Part shown: piece after piece, positions 18,212-28,154 of the stretch
How positions within the stretch are numbered: position 1 is the first letter of the stretch
Layout: every line of letters starts with the position of its first letter
Source: a virus
Lineage: Duplodnaviria; Caudoviricetes
Virus record (IMG/VR): IMGVR_UViG_3300012664_000098
Span: 1-38,328 of that record
DNA length: 38,328 bases
Reading direction: 5' to 3' (one strand)
The notes under the pieces: model-generated
Told to the model about the DNA's origin: nothing
Databases searched by the model: none
What the model saw: only the letters and a program-made list of their open reading frames with translations
Program-made: the position numbers and the translations under genes

Positions 18212-19813
18212 TTAAATCAGTGTCTTTCCACCTTTTAATCCAAAGTCAATCTTTTGGATAGACAAAGGAGCGTTATTAATATCAGCTTCAAATCCTAACT
18301 GTAATACTTTACCTGATCCACCTGCGTTCATTTGTGCATTATCAAGAGCAATACCGTTAGAGAAAGTAGCAATGTTATATTCAGCAGTGCCATATTCATA
18401 TACTGTAATAGTATCTAAAGTTGTAACTGCTGTACTATAGTTACTGTTATAATCAAAACCCCATTTAAAAGAGATAGCTTGTGCAGATCCACCAATAGCA
18501 ACTAAGTTAATCTTCTTTAACATCTTGGTCTGAGCTGCGTTATCAAAGTCAAAGTAGTTAGTATAATAAGACATACGATATGTTGTACCATTGTCTTGAT
18601 AACCTGAGTACTTACCGATATAGCCCGGCTTACCAATGTATAATTCTTTATTCTGAGTTACATTAAATGCTGTAGGTTTAATATCTTTCCAGATAGTAAC
18701 ACGTGCTCCACCATTCTCTAATGTACCTCTTGTATCAAAACAATAAGTAAATCCTGTAGAAGGTAATGCTAATAAATATACAGCATCTGTAGGATAATAT
18801 ACAGCTTTGATATTTTTTAATACTTCACTGTTAACAAAGGTAATTAACTCATCACGAATGTTCTTAGATACATCTCTAAACGGTATAGACTTTTCTTGAA
18901 TAACACGTTGTAAAGACTGTACACCAGTAGCAGATAAGAACATTAAGTCTGTACCGATAGAAGCTACAGAGTCCCTAGCAATACAACCTACTCCAGAGAT
19001 AACATCAGTTAATGTTAATGCTGAAGGATCTACTGGGTTAGCATATATAACAATATGTCTCTGACAGAAGATAATTAAGAAACCATTATGAGAAGCTAAA
19101 GCTACAATAGGATCATTATTAGGAACAACTTCACTAATGTTTAAGTATCCTGATGTGCCTGTCTTCCACTCAGTAGGGTCTAATAGATCACTAAAGTAAA
19201 CTGTTTGTTTGTCATTGGCGATATCAGCTACCCAAGCACGACCAAAAGCAGTCATGACTATGTTAGGTGTAAAGTCAGTAACTGTATAAGAAGCTGGTAA
19301 ATTAGAAGCAATATCACCTAGTCTTTGAAAGCCATAGCTACCTGTATGAGCATGAGCTGTAGCACCTAACTTATGATATACTAGAATAGGATGACCAGCT
19401 TGTGCAAGCAATGCATGACCTGAAGGAGTAGCTCCCGTGTCATAAGGCATACCGCTAATCTGCCAGTTATCATCAGTAATTGTATATGTTAGATTACCTG
19501 TATCTGTAGCGTTACGTACAACAGCCTCTGTAAGCGTTGTAGTGCCTGTATAAAGCTTGTTATTAGCAGCAGATAGTACTACATTACCGTCATCTTTAAT
19601 AAGCTCATAGATCGATCTAAAGCTTCCTGTAGATGCTGCTGACGTATTAACTGGAGTCCACCCTTTACGAGCACCAATACGTCCGTACTTATCAATAACA
19701 CAGTTGAAAGCTTCTAAAGCAAAGCCACTGTTTAATTGAATAGAAGAGTCTTGAGTGTTTAACCCAAAGAATCCCGGAGCAGCAATTGATCCTGTTAGTA
19801 ACTGTTCAGCCAT
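18212..19813 (-). CDS. Tail nozzle / DNA stabilization protein (tubular B / P22 gp10-like)
   Basis: 533 aa, beta-rich; GLN...R.G N-terminus and GCIARDS motif; follows the adaptor gene. Confidence 0.75.
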   Translation of the reverse strand: MAEQLLTGSIAAPGFFGLNTQDSSIQLNSGFALEAFNCVIDKYGRIGARKGWTPVNTSAASTGSFRSIYELIKDDGNVVLSAANNKLYTGTTTLTEAVVRNATDTGNLTYTITDDNWQISGMPYDTGATPSGHALLAQAGHPILVYHKLGATAHAHTGSYGFQRLGDIASNLPASYTVTDFTPNIVMTAFGRAWVADIANDKQTVYFSDLLDPTEWKTGTSGYLNISEVVPNNDPIVALASHNGFLIIFCQRHIVIYANPVDPSALTLTDVISGVGCIARDSVASIGTDLMFLSATGVQSLQRVIQEKSIPFRDVSKNIRDELITFVNSEVLKNIKAVYYPTDAVYLLALPSTGFTYCFDTRGTLENGGARVTIWKDIKPTAFNVTQNKELYIGKPGYIGKYSGYQDNGTTYRMSYYTNYFDFDNAAQTKMLKKINLVAIGGSAQAISFKWGFDYNSNYSTAVTTLDTITVYEYGTAEYNIATFSNGIALDNAQMNAGGSGKVLQLGFEADINNAPLSIQKIDFGLKGGKTLI

Positions 19814-20460
19814 TAATTAGCAATCCACTCTTGTTCTTCAAGATAGCGACCAGACTCTAAAGCAATAGCATCAGCTAGAGACTGACTATATAAAGCATAG
19901 GCTTCATTAGAAGCTAAGCCACCGTCTTCACCACGTTCAGCTAAAGCTTTAGCATAAGCTAAATAAACTACTGGCTCATGCGGTACTTTTAATACATCAG
20001 CGTTACCAGATAGTAAAGGCTGAGGTAGAATCATATTGAAACGAATGTTATAAGCAGTATCAGGAATAGGGTAGATATCTACTTGTGTATCACCGTTAGC
20101 GTCTGTACCGTTAAAGTTATAGTACATTGGCTGTCCTTTATTACCATTAGTAATAAGGAACAATCTATTCATGTAATCTGTTGTAGCATTCTTTAATACA
20201 TAATCTTTAGAATCATTAATAACATCAATCATTCTAAAGCGTTGACCAGAACCTGTTAACACATAGTTAAAGATTCCATTAACTGTTGTAGCTGTTAAAG
20301 TATCAGATAATGAATTCCAGTTATAAGAGTCTTCAACTTGACGCTTAGCATCATTAACAAAATCACCTATCATTTTAGAATAGGAATTATCAGACACGGA
20401 AGTCACTTCTGACTCACGTAGTCTTCTTAGCACCGAGTTAACTAACTGAATATAATTCAT
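19813..20460 (-). CDS. Head-tail adaptor (tail tubular protein A-like)
   Basis: MNYIQLVNSVLRRLRE N-terminus, YPIPD motif; size and position. Confidence 0.75.
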   Translation of the reverse strand: MNYIQLVNSVLRRLRESEVTSVSDNSYSKMIGDFVNDAKRQVEDSYNWNSLSDTLTATTVNGIFNYVLTGSGQRFRMIDVINDSKDYVLKNATTDYMNRLFLITNGNKGQPMYYNFNGTDANGDTQVDIYPIPDTAYNIRFNMILPQPLLSGNADVLKVPHEPVVYLAYAKALAERGEDGGLASNEAYALYSQSLADAIALESGRYLEEQEWIAN

Positions 20461-20480
20461 TATGATCCTTATGTCTGTAT

Positions 20481-20509
20481 ATTATAACATACATTTATTA
20501 AAATGTCAA
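20481..20509 (-). promoter_or_regulatory. Consensus sigma70 promoter for the tail/ejection operon
   Basis: TTGACA-N17-TATAAT with TG extension; intergenic; AAGGA RBS follows. Confidence 0.88.
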
Positions 20510-20512
20510 GCT

Positions 20513-20650
20513 TTATTTCTTCTTTTTCTTAGCTTTACCTGCAGTTTGCAGTGCAATAGCGATAGCTTGTTTCTGAGGTTTACCTTCTTTAACTAGCTTA
20601 CTGATATTAGAAGATACTACTTTATCTGATTTACCTTTTTTGAGCGGCAT
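20513..20650 (-). CDS. Small basic phage protein (MPLKKGKS...QAIAIAL), 45 aa
   Basis: Read manually; GGAG RBS. Confidence 0.8.
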   Translation of the reverse strand: MPLKKGKSDKVVSSNISKLVKEGKPQKQAIAIALQTAGKAKKKKK

Positions 20651-20652
20651 AA

Positions 20653-21006
20653 CTAAGCTCCGTTCTGATAACTAGTGTTTTGATGGATTTCTACTGTTAA
20701 AATACAAGACATAGTAGAGCCTGTCTCTGTTGTTACTTGAATATAGTCATATTCATCCATCACCATACGACCATCAGAGAACTGAATGTAGTTATTATTT
20801 CCAGAGTTCAATGTAGTAGAATGAGCAATAGTAATATTATCTACTTCTGAGCTATCATGCCATATAGCAGTCACTGTTTTACCTGTGCCAGTGCTATTAC
20901 TGATAAATAACAAAGTAGCAATGGCTTTACACCCTTTAGGAACAGTATAGATAACTGTAGGGGTATTAGCTACGATATTCTTACCTACTGTAAGTTCTCT
21001 CATCAT
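20653..21006 (-). CDS. Putative virion beta-sandwich protein
   Basis: T-rich beta protein with IYTVP motif in the structural module. Confidence 0.6.
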   Translation of the reverse strand: MMRELTVGKNIVANTPTVIYTVPKGCKAIATLLFISNSTGTGKTVTAIWHDSSEVDNITIAHSTTLNSGNNNYIQFSDGRMVMDEYDYIQVTTETGSTMSCILTVEIHQNTSYQNGA

Positions 21007-21215
21007 TTAGTCCAATGATTTGTTATGTAAGTAATAAGACCACCAACACCTGATGCAATGACCATACCCATCCAGAAACCGCCTTTAGATTTGTTAGCTA
21101 GTTCTAGTAACTCTTCCATACCTACTTCAAGCTTGTCTATCTTCTTTTCCATAGCTTCAACTTGAGCAACTAGCTTACCGTATTTGTATAAATCTACACC
21201 GTTGTCAGTGGTCAT
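21003..21215 (-). CDS. Small coiled-coil plus C-terminal TM protein (holin/XhlA-like)
   Basis: Heptads followed by GGFWMGMVIASGVGGLITYI. Confidence 0.6.
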   Translation of the reverse strand: MTTDNGVDLYKYGKLVAQVEAMEKKIDKLEVGMEELLELANKSKGGFWMGMVIASGVGGLITYITNHWTK

Positions 21216-21230
21216 TCTACTTATTCCTTT

Positions 21231-21569
21231 TTATTTAATTTCTATCGTATATCTTAATGCAAACTGTTTATTCTGATAATCAAAAGAATAACCTTTAGCA
21301 TATACACCAATATAAGCACCTGCTACATCCGTTATAAAATCTTTATAACTTGCTGTATGCTTTGCAGGTTGTTTATAGTCATATACTTCTTTAGCGAGTC
21401 CAATGCCTACTGATGTTAAAAAAGCAGACTCTGGACTCATTATTTCACTAAAACTATAAGACAATACTGCACTACCTGCAAAGTGCTGTGCCTTGTCTTT
21501 ACCTGTCCAACTATCTTGTGCAAGACAAAAAGCAGGTATCAGCAACAACAACTTACCAAGGTGTGTCAC
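21231..21569 (-). CDS. YfiM-like (DUF2279) membrane/exported protein
   Basis: DSWTGKDKAQHF...G.AKE.YD...S.KD...DVAGA matches the YfiM signature; N-terminal signal-like segment. Confidence 0.75.
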   Translation of the reverse strand: MTHLGKLLLLIPAFCLAQDSWTGKDKAQHFAGSAVLSYSFSEIMSPESAFLTSVGIGLAKEVYDYKQPAKHTASYKDFITDVAGAYIGVYAKGYSFDYQNKQFALRYTIEIK

Positions 21570-21578
21570 TTGCTACCC

Positions 21579-21863
21579 TTAAGGTTTAGGGTATTGTTGT
21601 TTTACTGAATCAATAGTAGCTTTCCAGCCATCATAGCCTTGGTGGTATAGCGTGTCTAACTGATCTTGAATTGATGGATAGGCACTTCTTCTATTATAAA
21701 TAAAAGAAAGATGTTTTTGTGTTGAATCCCACAAAGCATCTAGTTCATCTTTTGTTGGTTTTTTAGACACATCCATCCATTCAATACCATCATAATCAGT
21801 ACCATTAATAGACCATTGTTTATCTTCAAAAAACTTAGCAAGTATTAAACTGTAGTCAATCAT
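21579..21863 (-). CDS. Putative tail fibre assembly/chaperone protein
   Basis: W...KPT..EL and R...YPSIQDQLD..Y...W...I..VK..YPKP motifs. Confidence 0.6.
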   Translation of the reverse strand: MIDYSLILAKFFEDKQWSINGTDYDGIEWMDVSKKPTKDELDALWDSTQKHLSFIYNRRSAYPSIQDQLDTLYHQGYDGWKATIDSVKQQYPKP

Positions 21864-22336
21864 AATGAAACCTCCATAACAGTAATTGATGCCGCCCTAG
21901 AAACGTTTTGAGGGTTATATCCAACTCTATTAAAAACACCAGTGCTAGCATTGACCCTCATCTGCAACTTATACGTTACTGTTGAAGTTGTCGCTGGTGA
22001 GTCTAAATAGATACCTGATGAATCTTGTGTAATTGAATCTAAATAAGAGTTGTAATTAGCTACACCTAAAACACCTGTTAAACCAGCTTGTGCCCCAGCG
22101 TAAATTACAGTTGAATTTCTTAGTAGTTGAGTAAATGTGTAATTAACACCAGAACTGTTAGCAATAACAGCATCAACCATTACCAATATTTTGCTATTAG
22201 AAGAAGAGGGAGTAATGCTGACGCTAAAACCAGTAATATCAACATACGAAGTAGATGTTGTAGTAAATACATCTGTTTTAACAGTTTGTATTACTTGTAC
22301 TGGAACTTGCCCTGATCCGTTGATAGTTACAGCCAT
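21860..22336 (-). CDS. Putative tail-fibre tip / receptor-binding module
   Basis: Beta-rich; QV.QTVKT...ITPSSSNSKILV...LDSPATTSTVTYKLQ...SITVMEV. Confidence 0.6.
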   Translation of the reverse strand: MAVTINGSGQVPVQVIQTVKTDVFTTTSTSYVDITGFSVSITPSSSNSKILVMVDAVIANSSGVNYTFTQLLRNSTVIYAGAQAGLTGVLGVANYNSYLDSITQDSSGIYLDSPATTSTVTYKLQMRVNASTGVFNRVGYNPQNVSRAASITVMEVSL

Positions 22337-22338
22337 GA

Positions 22339-22752
22339 TTAAACTCCAGCTTTCAATTCTCTCAATTCTTCTAAAGTTGTAGCAGCATCAGCTAAGTTAG
22401 TTACATCACGAAGTCTATTCTTCTCAGCAACAATAGCTGTAGTGTCTGCACCGGACTCTAATGCTCTTTGGAATAATACATCCTGAGCAGCTAACAAAGG
22501 TGCTCTTTCAGCTCTTAAACGAGCCTTAGTCAGTTCCTTAGCCTTAGCTAGATTAACTGTTACTGATGTAGCATCCATCTCCCAAGCATCATAGAAATCG
22601 TTGTAGGCTAGTGGCAAGTCTGTGTAATTAACAATTCTTGCACCTCGACCTTTAGGTACATCTTTTTCCATTACAGCATCAATGCTGATTTCGCCTGTTG
22701 GAATACAAGTGGATACACCACCGTTGTCGTTTGTAAAAATGATTACTTGCAT
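22339..22752 (-). CDS. Putative tail fibre assembly chaperone
   Basis: RAERAPLLAAQD...EKNRLRDVT C-terminal motif. Confidence 0.6.
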   Translation of the reverse strand: MQVIIFTNDNGGVSTCIPTGEISIDAVMEKDVPKGRGARIVNYTDLPLAYNDFYDAWEMDATSVTVNLAKAKELTKARLRAERAPLLAAQDVLFQRALESGADTTAIVAEKNRLRDVTNLADAATTLEELRELKAGV

Positions 22753-22770
22753 GGTTTATTCCTTATTTAA

Positions 22771-23151
22771 TTAACGAAATACTGATACTGACATAATTGG
22801 GTTATCAAGCCCACCATTAAAGTCGGCAGTATAAATTCTTAAAGCTGTTGTTGTAGGGCTTACTCCAAACTTTATATTATTAAATATAAGGGAGTTATAT
22901 CCAGAACCAGCGACTTGTTGCCCTGTAATGTTTGTTGCGTAATTAGAATCAGCAAGTGCATTAGTAAAGTTTACGGTGTAATCGCCTGTACCATTGTCAG
23001 TAATGCTAGATACATTATAAGAAGCCCTAATAGCTACTGTTCCTGTTCCATTAAAGTTTACCCAAGCTTTTGCTGAACCTTGAATACAGTTAGTCGCAGA
23101 TGTGCTATTAGTGCCATCAGATAGTGTTGATATTGTTAATGTACCTGCCAT
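22771..23151 (-). CDS. Putative tail-fibre tip module, paralog 2
   Basis: AKAWVNFNGTGTVAIR.S.NVSSITDNGTGDYTVNFT shared with 23168..23539. Confidence 0.65.
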   Translation of the reverse strand: MAGTLTISTLSDGTNSTSATNCIQGSAKAWVNFNGTGTVAIRASYNVSSITDNGTGDYTVNFTNALADSNYATNITGQQVAGSGYNSLIFNNIKFGVSPTTTALRIYTADFNGGLDNPIMSVSVFR

Positions 23152-23167
23152 GATTTATTCCTTTTGA

Positions 23168-23539
23168 TTAGCGAAAGATGGATACACAAATAACATCACT
23201 ATCTGTTACCGTACCGTTTTCAACAACAGTAAATTTACCTGTATTTGTTGTAGAAAAAGGAGTTGATGCTATATTAATATTTCTATTATTTAATGTAGCC
23301 ATTGCATGACAATCTGCTACCATTACATAATTAGCGTCAGGCATTGCAGTTGTAAAGTTTACTGTGTAATCACCTGTTCCATTATCAGTAATTGAACTAA
23401 CGTTAAATGAACCACGAATTGCTACTGTACCTGTTCCGTTAAAGTTCACCCACGCTTTAGCAATACCACTCATACCATTCTGCGTAGCTAATACTCCTGA
23501 GCTATCATTCAATGTACTGATTGTTAATCCACCTGCCAT
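23168..23539 (-). CDS. Putative tail-fibre tip module, paralog 1
   Basis: Same core as 22771..23151 with a divergent C-terminal half. Confidence 0.65.
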   Translation of the reverse strand: MAGGLTISTLNDSSGVLATQNGMSGIAKAWVNFNGTGTVAIRGSFNVSSITDNGTGDYTVNFTTAMPDANYVMVADCHAMATLNNRNINIASTPFSTTNTGKFTVVENGTVTDSDVICVSIFR

Positions 23540-23549
23540 AATTTATCCT

Positions 23550-26180
23550 TTATACGATTACCCAGTTAGCACCAGTCTGTACAGTAACTGTAAAGCCTGT
23601 GCTGATTGTTATAGGACCTGCAGACAAACCGTTATTACCTGCTGTTACTGTGACATTCTCACCAATAGTGTTAGCATTATAAGCGATTGCTTTAGTTGCT
23701 GCACTACCAAAGTATTGTCCACCTGCTACAGTGGCTGTTGAAACTGCTGTTACTAATCCTTTAGCATTTACTGTTACTACAGGAATAGAACTAGCAGAAC
23801 CAAATGTACCTACGTTAGAGTTAACAGTCGCTAAAGTACCTGCTGCTGTGACGTTAGCTGATCCATTGAATGAGGGACTAGTCCAAGATAAGTCACCAGT
23901 AATAGCTAGTGTTCTAGCTGTTGTTAGTGTAGCAGCACTGCCTGTTGTGCTTTGATTTAGTGTTGGAACATCGGCAGCTTGAATCGCAGACATCACAACA
24001 TCTGTACCGTTACCACGAAGATACTGTCCTGAAGTTGTTGAACCTGCTAAAGCATCGATAGCATCTTGTCTAGCCAAAGCGGATACAGTATTGTCAGCGT
24101 TAATTCTAGGGAATGTTACAGCAGTTGGGTTGGTTAATGTAAAGAAGTTTTGACCAACAGTTGTACCACCAAGTGATGTACGCCCTGTTGATGCAACCAA
24201 ATTAGTTGAACCACCATCCCATTGCAAACGCTGTGTATAAGCAGAATCCCAATTTGTTTGTGATGCAGTTGTTGGAATTGAATAACCTGCTGTATAAGTG
24301 ATTGCCAATGTACCTGATGTAGTAATAGGCGAACCGCTAATGCTCAATCCTGTTGGAACAGTTGCAGATACAGATGTCACAGTGCCTACAGCCAAATTAC
24401 CTGACCCTAGTAAAGATGTACTATTAACTGTTTTAATATTTGTACCACTTACTAAAGCAGCTTGTTTACCGTTAAAAGTATTCCAGTCAGTAGAAGATAA
24501 GTAACCGTTAGTGCTTGTGGTGGCTTGACTAATACTGATGGCAGGTGTAGAAGTTCCTGTAGCGACGCTGATAGGAGCTGTTCCTGATACTGATGTTACA
24601 GTACCAACGTTAGCTGAACCACCTAATGAAGTAGAAACACCGTTGATAGTAATAGCACTATTAGTTAAAGAACTATTACCAATGTTTGATAATGTATTAG
24701 ACGCACCACTAATAGTCTTATTAGTTAAAGTCTGTGTATCTGTTGTACCTACGACAGCACCAGTAGGAGCAGTCTTTAAAGCAAACGCAGCTAAGTCAGC
24801 ATCATAACCTTGTACAGTTACACCAATAGCAGCAGGTTGTAATGCAGTGTCAGCTTTAGCACCTTGAGCAGCAGTAGCATAGTCAGTTGCTGCGGTAGTT
24901 GCAGCAGTACCTAAACCTAAACTAGTACGACCTGTAGCAGCAACTAAACCAGTAGCACCTCCGTCCCACTTTAAACGATCAGCATAAGCTGTATCTGCAG
25001 TAGCACCTTGAGCAGCAGTAGCGTAAGCAGTGCTATTAGTTGTAGCAGCTGTGCCTAAGCCTAAGTTAGTTCTTGCTGTAGCAGCATTAGCTAAGTCTGA
25101 TAAGTTATTAGCACGATAAGCATAAGTAGTATCTGAACCTGTAGCAGTAACACCAAGGTTAGATCTTGCTGTAGCAGCATTAGATAAATCAGAAAGGTTG
25201 TTAGCAGATAATAAAGCACCGGATAAAGAAGCATAAGCAGCTAACCAAAGTGAGCCGTCCCATACTTTCATTGCATCGTCTGTAGTATCAAAGTACAACG
25301 CACCAATAACTAAAGGATTACCATCATTGTCAACTGTAGGAGCTGTAGCTTTCTGACCTAAGTATCTATCATCAAAAGAATCAAGAGCAGCTAAAGCAGC
25401 ATCAGCAGCAGCTTGTGAAGCAGACGCAGAAGTAGCTGAAGCAGTTGCAGAGTTAGCTGAGTTAGTTGCTGAAGTAGCTGCGTTAGATGCAGACGTAGCA
25501 GCAGCACTTGCTGAATTAGAAGCGTTAGTCGCTGAAGTAGCTGCAGCAGAAGCTGAGTTACTTGCGTTAGTAGCTTGAGTAGTTGCAATACCTGCTTGAG
25601 TTGTAGCAGTAGTAGCTGCAGAGTTTGCAGTAGATGCACTAGAAGCTGCGTTTGTAGCTGATGTAGCAGCAGCGTTCTTAGATGCTAAGGCGGCAGCTTC
25701 AGAAGCAGTCGCACTAGCAGCTGAGGCAGACGCAGAAGTTGCTGCATTGCTTGCTGTAGTAGCGTAACCAGACGCTGACGATGCTGAATTAGATGCAGCA
25801 GTAGCAGAAATAGCAGCAGCAGATGCTGAACCAGCAGCAGTAGTACTAGAGTTAGCTGCATTTGTAGCAGATGTACTAGCAGAACTAGCCGATGAGGATG
25901 CAGCAGAAGCACTGGAAGCAGCACTAACCGCAGAATTAGAAGCATTATTTGCACTTGTTAAAGCGTTACTAGCAGCTGTCTCAGCATTTGTTTCAGCTGT
26001 TTCAGCGTTGGTTTCTGCAGTCTCTGCATTAGTTTCTGCTGTTAAAGCAGCGTCTCTTGCAGCTTCAGCAGCTACTTTAGCAGCTACTGCTTCATCTCTG
26101 GCAATGACCGCAGCACTAGCTTCAGAAGAAGAATCATTGATTGCATCACCTGCTCCACCTGCTCCACGATAAATTGCCAT
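23550..26180 (-). CDS. Long tail fibre protein
   Basis: A/S/T-rich coiled region with AETAETN repeats; NNLSDL..AATAR.NLG, YATAAQGA.ADTA and WDGG.T.LVA.TGRTSLG each duplicated. Confidence 0.88.
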   Translation of the reverse strand: MAIYRGAGGAGDAINDSSSEASAAVIARDEAVAAKVAAEAARDAALTAETNAETAETNAETAETNAETAASNALTSANNASNSAVSAASSASAASSSASSASTSATNAANSSTTAAGSASAAAISATAASNSASSASGYATTASNAATSASASAASATASEAAALASKNAAATSATNAASSASTANSAATTATTQAGIATTQATNASNSASAAATSATNASNSASAAATSASNAATSATNSANSATASATSASASQAAADAALAALDSFDDRYLGQKATAPTVDNDGNPLVIGALYFDTTDDAMKVWDGSLWLAAYASLSGALLSANNLSDLSNAATARSNLGVTATGSDTTYAYRANNLSDLANAATARTNLGLGTAATTNSTAYATAAQGATADTAYADRLKWDGGATGLVAATGRTSLGLGTAATTAATDYATAAQGAKADTALQPAAIGVTVQGYDADLAAFALKTAPTGAVVGTTDTQTLTNKTISGASNTLSNIGNSSLTNSAITINGVSTSLGGSANVGTVTSVSGTAPISVATGTSTPAISISQATTSTNGYLSSTDWNTFNGKQAALVSGTNIKTVNSTSLLGSGNLAVGTVTSVSATVPTGLSISGSPITTSGTLAITYTAGYSIPTTASQTNWDSAYTQRLQWDGGSTNLVASTGRTSLGGTTVGQNFFTLTNPTAVTFPRINADNTVSALARQDAIDALAGSTTSGQYLRGNGTDVVMSAIQAADVPTLNQSTTGSAATLTTARTLAITGDLSWTSPSFNGSANVTAAGTLATVNSNVGTFGSASSIPVVTVNAKGLVTAVSTATVAGGQYFGSAATKAIAYNANTIGENVTVTAGNNGLSAGPITISTGFTVTVQTGANWVIV

Positions 26181-26330
26181 TTAAACTTCCTCTAATTGCT
26201 TAGTTTTCTTGGATTGTTTTACTTCTTCTTTTACTTCTGTATATTCAGGATGCTTACGCATTGATTGAATGTCATGCTCTGTAGTAAACTCGAACACATT
26301 ACCGGTAGCATTATCTTTGAACTTAGCCAT
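26181..26330 (-). CDS. Small hypothetical protein, 49 aa
   Basis: Read manually (MAKFKDNATGNVFEFTTEHDIQSMRKHPEY...); AAGGAG RBS. Confidence 0.75.
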   Translation of the reverse strand: MAKFKDNATGNVFEFTTEHDIQSMRKHPEYTEVKEEVKQSKKTKQLEEV

Positions 26331-26347
26331 TGAAACTCCTTGTCTTT

Positions 26348-26396
26348 ATTAAAGACTCCGTAGAGCCCTTAAGAAAGACCCCTCCGAAGAGGGATC
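26348..26396 (-). terminator. Intrinsic terminator after the capsid gene (tandem UNCG-capped hairpins)
   Basis: - strand GATCCCTC-TTCG-GAGGGGTC-TTTCTT, then AAGGGCTC-TACG-GAGTCTTT. Confidence 0.8.
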
Positions 26397-26410
26397 ATTT
26401 CAGTCAGCTA

Positions 26411-27316
26411 TTAAGCTGGTACAGCCAATGCAACAGCAGAACCGTCACGCAACTCTTTCACACCGAACAATGTGTCAGCTGTGAACAAGTCACCAAGGTA
26501 CTCTTGTTTGTATTGAGTCTGAGTACGAACACCCATTTGCTCAACTAGAACAGCGAAGTCCTTATGACCTAACAAGCAGATACGGTCACCGTCAGTAGCA
26601 GCGTCAGCGTTTGAAGTTACAAATACTGGGATGCCATAAACGTTACCGATTTCACCGTTACGGATTGTGTTGCTTGAACCTGCTTCACCAACGAAAGCTT
26701 GCTCAGTGAAACGTGCAATACCCATCAATGTGTTACGTGTTGATGGAGGAACGATCAAGAAACGACCGTCCATTGGTACATCGTTGTCATCTAAACGTTG
26801 GATTGAACGACGGATAGCTGCGTCAGTCAAAGCACCTGCAGTACCTGTGTAAGCAGTAGTACCATCAGCACCTGAGTAAGCACCAGTGTAAGCTGCTGTA
26901 CCGTCACCACCGTTAACACCACGACCCAACTCAAGGATCAATGAGTCAACTTTACGACCTAAAGCGTAACCAGCGTCGTCTGTGTAGAACTGACGCATAG
27001 AAGCTAAAGATTGTGCAGCAACGATGTCTTCGATCATTACTGAGAATTCCCAGTGTTGATCGATGTTAACAACAACTTCAGTCGCTGTATCTGTGTTTAA
27101 TGTAACTTGTGTGTTAGCTGCCTTAGCGTTAGCTGAACCACGACCCGGTTTAGGGATATGAACTGCGTCACCCTTTTTACCTTTGAAGTTCATCTTCTTG
27201 ATAAGGTTTGCTGCTACCAAGCTCTTCTTGTAAGTTGCTACAACCTCGTCACTCCATACCTCTGGAATAAACTTAGCTGCAGTTGTAATTGTTTGATGTC
27301 CTGAACCTAATGCCAT
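26411..27316 (-). CDS. Major capsid protein (HK97 fold)
   Basis: FIPEVWS...GDAVHIP...IED...YALGRKVD; strong codon bias, AGGAG RBS, downstream terminator. Confidence 0.9.
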   Translation of the reverse strand: MALGSGHQTITTAAKFIPEVWSDEVVATYKKSLVAANLIKKMNFKGKKGDAVHIPKPGRGSANAKAANTQVTLNTDTATEVVVNIDQHWEFSVMIEDIVAAQSLASMRQFYTDDAGYALGRKVDSLILELGRGVNGGDGTAAYTGAYSGADGTTAYTGTAGALTDAAIRRSIQRLDDNDVPMDGRFLIVPPSTRNTLMGIARFTEQAFVGEAGSSNTIRNGEIGNVYGIPVFVTSNADAATDGDRICLLGHKDFAVLVEQMGVRTQTQYKQEYLGDLFTADTLFGVKELRDGSAVALAVPA

Positions 27317-27335
27317 TTTTAAATCTCCTAGTTAA

Positions 27336-28154
27336 TTAATTTGGTCTGCCTTTGATGCGACCTTCTTGGTACGCTTGCAGGAACTCATCGGCTCTTGCAT
27401 TGTACTGTTCACGATCATACATCATCAGCTTCATAATATCTGCATATCTGTAAGTTGGCTTTGTTGATTCACCTGTACCACCGGTCTGTACTCCAGCTGC
27501 TTTAATAGCTTGCTTCCGTTGCTGATCACCAACTTGTTTAACACCTTCATCAGCTGACTGGATAGTCTGCTCTTTAATCCCTTTTAAGGATTTGTAGGTA
27601 TCTAACAACTCTAGTGCTGCATCTGAATCATAGTTATTAGCTGCATTGTACAATTGCTGACGTACCTTAGAAGCTTGAATCCATTCATTGAATTCAGAAC
27701 TCTGTGCTACGTTAACAAAATCAGGATGTTTCTTCTCAATTGCTGCTAGAGCTTCTAGTTGCTTTTGGCGAGCTAGTTGTTCTTGCATCTGTTTGAGAAC
27801 TGGGTTATTCTCCACAGCCTGATTGACAGCCTTTGCAGGGTCGTCAAAAAAATCAAACTCTTGAGCCACGGGCTTAATTTCATCTGAAGGTTTTACCCTC
27901 GCTTCGAGTTGTTGCTTGATCAATTCATCAGCTAACTTCCGGACTTCACCAACTTCTTGGGCTTGTCTACCAATAAGCTTCTCAGCTTCTTGATGCATCT
28001 TAACAATTTCCTCTAAGGACTTGCCTTGATACTTACTTGGTATTACAACCTCTTCTTGTGTATCTTGAGAGTTATCCTGTGGAGTCTCGTCAATACTGTT
28101 AGTAGTGTCTTCGTTAGGTAATGCTTCGTCTTGCAGTTCGATAAATTCAGCCAT
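27336..28154 (-). CDS. Capsid scaffolding protein
   Basis: Acidic N-terminus, P.KYQGKS...HQEAEKLIGRQ..EVGE.RK, C-terminal AYQEGRIK; directly upstream of the capsid gene. Confidence 0.8.
   Translation of the reverse strand: MAEFIELQDEALPNEDTTNSIDETPQDNSQDTQEEVVIPSKYQGKSLEEIVKMHQEAEKLIGRQAQEVGEVRKLADELIKQQLEARVKPSDEIKPVAQEFDFFDDPAKAVNQAVENNPVLKQMQEQLARQKQLEALAAIEKKHPDFVNVAQSSEFNEWIQASKVRQQLYNAANNYDSDAALELLDTYKSLKGIKEQTIQSADEGVKQVGDQQRKQAIKAAGVQTGGTGESTKPTYRYADIMKLMMYDREQYNARADEFLQAYQEGRIKGRPN

Noticed and set aside
22771-23539. Shufflon or diversity-generating retroelement at the duplicated tip genes
   Set aside because: No recombinase or reverse transcriptase, same orientation, and the differences are not adenine-specific
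25400-26100. CRISPR-like or satellite repeat
   Set aside because: The repeats are degenerate codon repeats of the Ala/Ser/Thr-rich fibre coil
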